DNA of 64,000 nucleotides from an uncultured Candidatus Entotheonella sp. (GTDB lineage Bacteria; Tectomicrobia; Entotheonellia; Entotheonellales; Entotheonellaceae): NCBI GenBank assembly GCA_965217185.1, contig OZ244252.1, positions 1,472,001 to 1,536,000 of the forward strand, read 5' to 3'. Shown piece by piece: positions 57,092 to 64,000 of this stretch (position 1 is its first letter; each line of letters starts with the position of its first letter). The notes under the pieces were generated by a model. It saw only the letters and a program-made list of their open reading frames with translations, ran no database searches and was not told where the DNA came from. The position numbers and the translations under genes were made by a program.

Positions 57092-59069
57092 GGGATGGGA
57101 GGGCGTAAACCCATCGACTTCACTCGAAAATCCCCAATTTCCACTGGCTGATTCGGATGTGAAGGCAGTTGTCCAGTCCATAGACCCCACCGATAGCAAG
57201 CAAGTCCAATTACCGCTGAACCTGTTGTTTGGAGAATCTCTGCCGGAAGCCAAGGCGAAAAAACAATCAGGAAGGACCAACACGCCGAAACGTGAACGGC
57301 CCGCCTCCACCGAATCAGCGCGCGTGATGCTGGAAGAGGCGGTCTGTCACGCCCGTGCTATCACAGCATCCATACGCACAGAAGACCGACTCGCTTTCGC
57401 ACGCGGTTTCGTGTTTGACGTGATCTCCGCCTACTGGAGGCAGCGGCAGCCACGTCGGGGACGCAGTCGGTCATTGCTCAAATTGTCACCAGGCATTGAG
57501 GTTGCTTCTGTGCCGGGAACGACGACAGAGATTGCGCGAATCATCGGTACCGCCGCGGCAGGATTGGATACGACGGCGGCCAGTTACATGATCGGCGTGC
57601 TCTACACCGCGACGATGCCAGACAAGTATCGGGCGGAACTCGGCGCCTATTACACGCCGCCGGAATTGTGCGAGCGGTTGCTCGACATGGTAACGGAGAC
57701 CGGTGTCGACTGGCGTTCGGTCCGAGTGCTTGACCCTGCGTGCGGAGGCGGGGCTTTTTTGTCGGCGGTGGCACGGCGTATGGCAGATAAGATGGGGGGC
57801 TGCGACGCCAAGACGGCCCTGACGAATATCGTGGGGCGGTTGTGCGGGTTCGATTTGGATCCATTCGCTGCCTGGATGTCACAGGTGTTCCTTGAGGTGA
57901 CGCTCGATGACCTCTGCCGGTCGGCCAAAATGCGACTCCGATCCATCGTGCGTGTCTGTGATGGCCTAGCGCAACTTCCCGAAAATCATGGATTTGATCT
58001 CGTCGTCGGAAATCCGCCATACGGGCGCGCCGCGCTGCCGCAAGAGTTACGGGACGTGTACCGACGCAGCCTGTTCGGTCACGCTAACCTATATGGCTTG
58101 TTCACCGACCTCGCCGTGCGCTTTGCCCGGCCTGGCGGTGTCATCGCCTACGTGACACCTACCAGTTTCCTTGCGGGTAAATATTTCAAATCGTTGCGCG
58201 GTTTGTTGGGGCAAGAAGCTCCACCGGTAAGCATGGGTTTTGTGGAAGCCCGCAAGGGCGTATTTGCTGACGTGCTGCAGGAAACGTTGCTCGCGACGTA
58301 TTGCCGCGGCGGTAATCCGCGCGCGGCGCACGTGCATTTTATCTCCCCGACCTTGGATGGTCCGATCAAGACGACGACGGCTGGGTCGTTTCATCTTCCA
58401 AAGCGTCCCGACCAGCCGTGGCTGATACCGCGTACGCAACGGCAAGGTGAGTTGATTCGTCGGATCGGTGCTTCCCCATACCGGTTAGCTGATTACGGTT
58501 ATACGGTGAGCACAGGCCCCCTGGTTTGGAATCGTCACAAGGAGAGCCTGCGGGACGTGGGTGGGAAGCGACGCTATCCGGTGATCTGGGCAGAATCGGT
58601 ACGTTCGGATGGCGTGTTCGAGTTCCGAGCGCGGAAGCGGAATCACCAACCGTACTTCGAGCCGAAACCGAACGAAAAGTGGGTAGTAACGGACTTCGCG
58701 TGTGTGCTCCTGCAAAGGACGACGGCAAAGGAGCAACGGAGACGGCTGATCGCGGCAGAGCTTCCGGCGTCGTTCATCGCTGAACACCGCGCCGTCGTCG
58801 TGGAGAATCATCTCAACATGGTCAAGCCGATCAACGGAGCGCCCAAAGTATCGCCGGCAACCGTTGCGGAACTGTTGAATAGCGAGGTTGTCGATCAACT
58901 GTTTCGTTGCATCGGCGGCAGCGTGGCGGTGTCGGCATACGAATTGGAAGCGCTGCCCTTGCCGCCGCCGGACGCCCTGAAAGAATTCGAACGGCTCGTC
59001 GAACAGCGCGCGAATCGCACGGTACTTGAGAGGGCTGTGGAACGCCTGTACGGAAATGGGGCGGCATGA
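57057..59069 (+). CDS. N6-adenine DNA methyltransferase (Eco57I/BsuBI-PstI type)
   Basis: GAYYTPP, LDPACGGGAFL, VGNPPY, STGPLVWNR, VVENHLN; start uncertain. Confidence 0.9.
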   Translation: MVAKHHVISNSEGWEGVNPSTSLENPQFPLADSDVKAVVQSIDPTDSKQVQLPLNLLFGESLPEAKAKKQSGRTNTPKRERPASTESARVMLEEAVCHARAITASIRTEDRLAFARGFVFDVISAYWRQRQPRRGRSRSLLKLSPGIEVASVPGTTTEIARIIGTAAAGLDTTAASYMIGVLYTATMPDKYRAELGAYYTPPELCERLLDMVTETGVDWRSVRVLDPACGGGAFLSAVARRMADKMGGCDAKTALTNIVGRLCGFDLDPFAAWMSQVFLEVTLDDLCRSAKMRLRSIVRVCDGLAQLPENHGFDLVVGNPPYGRAALPQELRDVYRRSLFGHANLYGLFTDLAVRFARPGGVIAYVTPTSFLAGKYFKSLRGLLGQEAPPVSMGFVEARKGVFADVLQETLLATYCRGGNPRAAHVHFISPTLDGPIKTTTAGSFHLPKRPDQPWLIPRTQRQGELIRRIGASPYRLADYGYTVSTGPLVWNRHKESLRDVGGKRRYPVIWAESVRSDGVFEFRARKRNHQPYFEPKPNEKWVVTDFACVLLQRTTAKEQRRRLIAAELPASFIAEHRAVVVENHLNMVKPINGAPKVSPATVAELLNSEVVDQLFRCIGGSVAVSAYELEALPLPPPDALKEFERLVEQRANRTVLERAVERLYGNGAA

Positions 59070-60150
59070 TGCCATTGCCCGCGCTCTTGCCTGTCTCTGA
59101 AATTCACAAACGATTGCGGGTCATTTTTCCGGAAGGAACGCCAAACCGGAATTATGTAACGCGCGAAATCGCGGCGAAGACAATCTTTGTGCTGCTATAT
59201 ATCGGTGCAATTGATGGCGCCGAACGCTGGCTGCGGCCAGACCAGGTCACACGTATGACGGATGCGCAAGCGACGCTGACGGGCGACGAAGCGCGGGAAT
59301 CGTGGCTGGAAGCGTCGCTGCAGCCGGCAACCGGTTACATCGAAGGACGATGGTACGCGGCGAATACACGCGAACCGATCCGCGATGAAACACTGCGTGA
59401 GGGTCTGGTACGCCTCGGCGCTGTGAAGGAGCGAGAAAACCTCCCCACGACATCACCGAGGCCGCGATATGCCCTCACACAGGATTTCGCGGCGTTGTTC
59501 GCTCCCGTCTTGCCCAGGGAAGGACTTGAGACAGCCATTACCAGTTGGCAGGAAGCCAATCTATCCAGCGGCGCGTTGGCCCGAGTTGTAATCATGCGAC
59601 GCGGTGCGGTCGCTCGCAGGGGGCGGGCGCTGGTAACGTTTCCGAGCGGCGAAACACGCTCCATGGAACCAGGGCCGAGCTCTGTTCTTTCAAAAGCGGT
59701 CGTCGAAGAGTTCGCGATGCGCTTTCTGGAACGCCCAAGCGTGATTTGGTTAAGCGAGAGCCGTAACCACGTGGTGGCCCGCGACGACCAACTGGCACAA
59801 GACATCGGGCTGACCATTCAACCCGACCGGAATCTGCCGGATTTGATTCTGGTGGATCTTGGACCGGCTGAGCCGCTGTTGGTATTTGTGGAGGTGCAAC
59901 GGCTGGCCCTGTGAATGAATTGCGGTGGACGGCGTTGCTGGCTCTGGCCATGGAGGCCGGATTCCGGGAAGAGCAAGTGGCGTTTGTTACGGCCTATGCG
60001 GACCGCGACAATACGGCGTTCTAGGGTTCCGTCAGTGACTTGGCATGGAAGTCGTTCGCCTGGTTTGCCTCCGAACCTGAACACATCATCATGCTGCATC
60101 GAGGCACCAACGCCGAACAGGTGCGCCTGTCTGACTTGATGCGAAGCTGA
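59066..60150 (+). pseudogene. BsuBI/PstI-family restriction endonuclease, frameshifted with a premature stop
   Basis: WYAANTREPIRDETLR, LPDLILVD, FVEV; frameshift near 59895; distal frame FVTAYADR..F*..LAW.SFAWFASEPEH with TAG at 60022. Confidence 0.88.
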
Positions 60151-60187
60151 TCTGAATTCACTCATCAAGACTCATGAAGGGGTTCCC

Positions 60188-60916
60188 ATGACAAACGAAC
60201 AATTACGCTCCGAACTGGCACCGACCGGCGTGCTGCGGGCGGGTATCAACATGGCCAATTTTCTGCTTGTCACCGGGCGCCGGGACGATGGCGCTCCGCA
60301 GGGCGTGGCGCCCGACATGGCGAGCGCCGTGGCTGAGCGCCTGGGCGTGGAGGTCGACTACGTGCCTTACGAAACGCCTGGGCAACTCGCCGACGACGCG
60401 ACCAACGGTGTCTGGGACATCGGCCTGATCGGCGCTGAGCCGGCGCGCGCCGAGCACATCGCGTTTTCGGCGGCGTACGTGGAGATCGAGGCTACCTACC
60501 TGGTGCCGGCGGATTCCCCGATACAGGCCGTAGCTGACGTCGATCAGCCCGGCGTACGCATCGCGGTAGCGGCCCGCAGCGCGTACGATCTCTATCTGAC
60601 GCGCAACATTCAGCATGCCGAGTTGGTGCGGGTGGCCGGGTTGAACGCCTCCTACGATCTGTTCGTCAACGACAAGCTTGACGCCCTGGCCGGGCTGCGC
60701 CCGCGGCTCATGTCGGACGTCGAGAAGCTGCCCGGCGCCCGCCTGCTCGACGGCAAATTCACCGCCGTGCAGCAGGCCATCGGCACGCCGCGCGACCGTG
60801 GGGCCGCCGCGGCGTTCTTGCGTGACTTCGTGGAGGAGGCGAAGGCGAGCGGTTTGGTGGGCCAGTTCATCGAGCGCCACCGGGTCAGGGGCCTGTCAGT
60901 GGCGCCGCCGGCATAA
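60188..60916 (+). CDS. Type 2 periplasmic-binding-fold protein (family 3-like), no signal peptide
   Basis: LAPTG.LRAGIN..N, DQPGVRIAV...SAYDL.L, QQAIGTP. Confidence 0.85.
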   Translation: MTNEQLRSELAPTGVLRAGINMANFLLVTGRRDDGAPQGVAPDMASAVAERLGVEVDYVPYETPGQLADDATNGVWDIGLIGAEPARAEHIAFSAAYVEIEATYLVPADSPIQAVADVDQPGVRIAVAARSAYDLYLTRNIQHAELVRVAGLNASYDLFVNDKLDALAGLRPRLMSDVEKLPGARLLDGKFTAVQQAIGTPRDRGAAAAFLRDFVEEAKASGLVGQFIERHRVRGLSVAPPA

Positions 60917-60924
60917 GGAGCCGG

Positions 60925-61713
60925 TCAGATGCAGCGGACGCCGCCGCCGTCGACCGGGGTGATGGTGCCGGTCATGTAGGAGGCGAGCGGCGAGGCAAGA
61001 AAAACGGCGAAGCTGGCGACTTCATCGGGTTCCCCGGGCCGCCGCAGGAGGTAGCCCTGCATCCAGGCGGCTTCGGTTTCCTGCCGGGATTGGCCGCGCT
61101 CGGCGGCTACGGTTTCCATGATAGTGTCCCAACGCTCGGTGCGGATAGGGCCGGGATTGACGGCATTCACGAGAATACCGTGCGGCCCGCCTTCTTCGGC
61201 CAGCGCCTTGGTCATGTTCATCAGCGCCGCGTTGGCGCCACCCCCGGCGATGTAAGCGGCGGTCGGCTGCCGGCCGGCGGTGCCGATGATGTTGACGATA
61301 CGCCCGCCACCTTTGGCTTGCATCAGGGGGAAAATTTCGCGTATCAGCCGGAGGTAGCCGAACACCTTCAACGACCAATCGGTTTGCCAGTCCTCGTCCG
61401 GCTTGGTGAACAGTGAACCGGCGCGGATGGCGCCGGCGTTGTTGACGAGAATATCGAGCGTGCTGAAGTGGCTGACCGTCTGCTGCACCAGGCTGCGCAC
61501 GCCATCCAGTGAACTCAGGTCGGCGCTCACCGGCAGCACCCGCACGTCGTGGCGTTGCTGCAAATCGTCGGCCACGGTCTCCAAGAGGTCCGCACCCCGG
61601 GCACAGAGGGCCAGATTGACACCTTCGGCCGCCAAACCCTCGGCAATCGCCTTGCCGATTCCCTTGCTGGCGCCTGTCACCAGAGCCACCTGCCCGCGCA
61701 TGTTCAGTTCCAT
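60925..61713 (-). CDS. SDR family oxidoreductase
   Basis: TGASKGIG, LVNNAG, VNAVNPG, VDGG. Confidence 0.93.
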   Translation of the reverse strand: MELNMRGQVALVTGASKGIGKAIAEGLAAEGVNLALCARGADLLETVADDLQQRHDVRVLPVSADLSSLDGVRSLVQQTVSHFSTLDILVNNAGAIRAGSLFTKPDEDWQTDWSLKVFGYLRLIREIFPLMQAKGGGRIVNIIGTAGRQPTAAYIAGGGANAALMNMTKALAEEGGPHGILVNAVNPGPIRTERWDTIMETVAAERGQSRQETEAAWMQGYLLRRPGEPDEVASFAVFLASPLASYMTGTITPVDGGGVRCI

Positions 61714-61925
61714 GATTCCTTGAATCCTTCCTTGGTTCGATTATTGGCGCGCTGCCATTGTGAAGAATGATCCGCCCCATTCTGTAACCCGACGACTGGC
61801 GGACAAAAACAGAAGATAGCACAGAAACGCCACTCACCCGCCCTGCCCTGTCCGTGTGGTAAGCTTTAGCACCCGTGCGTTGCGGGGAACATTCCGCCGC
61901 CTCAATCCTTGCTGATATGTGAGCC

Positions 61926-62630
61926 ATGAGCGAATTCCGGGACGGCTTGCGGACCGCCATTGCCCTGCTCGTAAATCTCGACGGTGACCTGATGGCCATT
62001 GTCGGATTGTCGCTGTTGGTGAGCCTGTCGGCGGTGCTTCTGGCCGCCATGGTGGGGCTGCCGCTCGGCGCGGCAGTGGCGGCATGCCGTTTTCCCGGCC
62101 GGCAGGCGGTGCGGGTGCTTCTCAACGCACTTCTCGGCATTCCGCCGGTGGTCATCGGACTGATCGTCTACCTGCTGCTGTCGCGTGCCGGACCCCTTGG
62201 CGCCTTGGGGTTGCTGTTCACCCCAACGGCCATGATCATTGCCCAATGGCTGTTGGTGACGCCGATCATCGCCGCCCTGACGCAGCAGACGGTCAGCGAC
62301 CTGCACGACGAATACGCCGAGCAACTGCGGTCACTCGGTGTCGGCTCTTTGCGCGCCATCCCCACCTTGCTGTGGGAGGGCCGTTTGAGCCTGTTGATCG
62401 CCGTGATGGCCGGTTTCGGGCGGGCCATTGCCGAGGTCGGCGCCGTCATCATCGTGGGCGGCAACATCAATCACGTAACCCGCGTCATGACGACCACCAT
62501 CGCGTTGGAAACCAGCAAGGGCAATTTGTCGCTGGCCTTGGCGCTCGGCATGATCCTGCTGCTGCTGGCGCTGGCCGTCAATGCTGCCGCCCTGGTTGCG
62601 CGGGACGTCGTCAATCGACTTTACGGATGA
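61926..62630 (+). CDS. tupB: Tungstate ABC transporter permease
   Basis: PPVVIGL.VYLLLSR.GPLG, GFGRAIAEVGA..IVGGNI...TRVMTT.IALETSKG. Confidence 0.9.
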   Translation: MSEFRDGLRTAIALLVNLDGDLMAIVGLSLLVSLSAVLLAAMVGLPLGAAVAACRFPGRQAVRVLLNALLGIPPVVIGLIVYLLLSRAGPLGALGLLFTPTAMIIAQWLLVTPIIAALTQQTVSDLHDEYAEQLRSLGVGSLRAIPTLLWEGRLSLLIAVMAGFGRAIAEVGAVIIVGGNINHVTRVMTTTIALETSKGNLSLALALGMILLLLALAVNAAALVARDVVNRLYG

Positions 62631-62639
62631 AGGACTGAC

Positions 62640-63395
62640 GTGACAGCGTCCGATACCCAAGGCCAACGTACCGGCGATACCGCCAGCATTTTGCCGCTGC
62701 GGGTACGCGACATCTGCTTCGACGCGGGCGGCAAGCGGCTGATTGAGCACATCTCGTTCACGGTCCATGCGGGGCCATGCCTGATTGTCCTGGGACCCAA
62801 TGGCGCCGGCAAGAGCTTGTTGCTGCGCCTTTGCCACGGGCTGCTGTCCCCTTCTGAAGGCACTATCGAATGGACCGAAGCCGATCCCATCCGCGCCCGG
62901 AACCAACAAGCCATGGTGTTTCAGCGCCCGGTGCTGCTGCGCCGTTCGGTAGCGGCGAACGCCCATTTCGGCCTGCGGCTGCGCCGGGTGCCGCGCCGGG
63001 AGCGGCAGGCAGTGGTGGCCGAGGCACTGCGACAGGGCGGCTTGACTCATGTGGTCAACCGCCCTGCGCGGGTGCTGTCCGGCGGCGAGCAGCAACGCCT
63101 GGCCCTGGTGCGCGCCTGGACGCTGCAGCCGCAGGTGTTGTTTCTCGACGAACCGACAGCGCACCTCGACCCGGCGGCCACGCGGGCCGTTGAAACGCTG
63201 CTGAAGCAGTTCCACGCCGCCGGCACCAAGCTCATCATGACGACTCACGACCTCGGCCAAGCCCGCCGGCTGGCCGACGAGGTGCTCTTTCTGCACCGCG
63301 GCCGATTACTTGAGCACAGTCCGGCCAACTCGTTCTTTGCTCAACCGCACAGCGCCGAGGCGGTTGCGTTTCTCAACGGGGACCTGCTTTGGTAA
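62640..63395 (+). CDS. tupC: Tungstate ABC transporter ATP-binding protein
   Basis: GPNGAGKS, VFQRPVLLRRSV, LSGGEQQRLAL, DEPT; follows tupB. Confidence 0.85.
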   Translation: MTASDTQGQRTGDTASILPLRVRDICFDAGGKRLIEHISFTVHAGPCLIVLGPNGAGKSLLLRLCHGLLSPSEGTIEWTEADPIRARNQQAMVFQRPVLLRRSVAANAHFGLRLRRVPRRERQAVVAEALRQGGLTHVVNRPARVLSGGEQQRLALVRAWTLQPQVLFLDEPTAHLDPAATRAVETLLKQFHAAGTKLIMTTHDLGQARRLADEVLFLHRGRLLEHSPANSFFAQPHSAEAVAFLNGDLLW

Positions 63396-63543
63396 ACACG
63401 GATTGGACCAATGCCGGGAGGAGGCGACGCATTGCGATCGGTACGCTTATTGACTTGTCATCAGAATGAAAACGGTGGATTCGATGTCTCGGCCATGTGA
63501 CCCGCGCGGTCCAGGCGTGCAACTGCCTGCGGCACCCGACCCG

Positions 63544-64000
63544 GTGAGGGAACCGCAACCCTCTGGTCATCCGGCGGCTCTGGCCTTGGCCGGCCTTGTG
63601 TCGCTTGCGGTCGCCATCGGCATCGGCCGCTTTGTCTACACGCCGATCCTGCCTTACATGACCGTTGGCCTGGAGCTCAGTAAGTCGGAAGCGGGCCTGA
63701 TTGCATCGGCCAACTTCTTGGGATATCTGCTGGGCGCCGTCGCGGTGGCATGGCGCGCCTTGCCGGGGGACCCCCGCCGCTGGCTGCTCGGCACCCTGGT
63801 GGTGAGTGGGCTCAGCACCGGCGCGATGGCGCTGACAACAAGCCTGGGCCCGTTCTTGCTTCTGCGTTTTACAGGCGGTGCTGCCGGCGCGCTGGTGATG
63901 GTGCTGGCGTCTTCCCTGGTCATGGACCGGCTCGCCGCCGCCGGACGGGCCGGTTGGGCAGCGGTGATGTATGCGGGGGTCGGCTGCGGCATTGCGATCT
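63544..64000 (+). CDS. YbfB/YjiJ-family MFS transporter (runs off the window end)
   Basis: AIGIGRFVYTPILP.M, ASANFLGYLLGA; start could be the ATG at 63484. Confidence 0.85.
   Translation, partial: MREPQPSGHPAALALAGLVSLAVAIGIGRFVYTPILPYMTVGLELSKSEAGLIASANFLGYLLGAVAVAWRALPGDPRRWLLGTLVVSGLSTGAMALTTSLGPFLLLRFTGGAAGALVMVLASSLVMDRLAAAGRAGWAAVMYAGVGCGIAI

Noticed and set aside
1..64000. rRNA, tRNA, riboswitch or prophage
   Set aside because: None recognised by eye; Infernal/tRNAscan-SE would be needed to exclude small RNAs

Overview
GC-rich bacterial chromosome segment. The gene mix (NHL-repeat and PPC-repeat proteins, LLM oxidoreductase, MucR, PQQ dehydrogenase, CoA transferase, many hydrolases, decayed TA/RM/IS remnants) suggests a sponge-symbiont-type genome such as Tectomicrobia; this is inference only. 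Most of the window is ordinary metabolism and transport (malate synthase, pyrF, hflX, TatD, sugar ABC transporter, tupBC, GGT). Accessory highlights: (1) a 6.3 kb island bounded by two direct copies of a ~260 bp MITE. It holds a poly-G-frameshifted PPC-repeat gene and an AT-richer three-gene module (putative ADP-ribosyltransferase-like toxin, unknown protein with a low-complexity tail, DUF6941-like protein) bracketed by two XerC/XerD dif-like sites. (2) An operon in which a His-rich metal permease is fused to an HflK (SPFH) domain, followed by hflC and a second hflK. (3) A four-gene MotA/ExbB-like proton-channel operon with an atypical partner, divergent from a TPR, atypical PQQ dehydrogenase and cytochrome c cluster. 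(4) An IS630-truncated Fe/Mn-SOD next to an intact NiSOD/SodX pair. (5) An hflX that appears to start at ATC. No rRNA, tRNA or CRISPR array was recognised. All family calls come from motif recognition by eye, not database searches.
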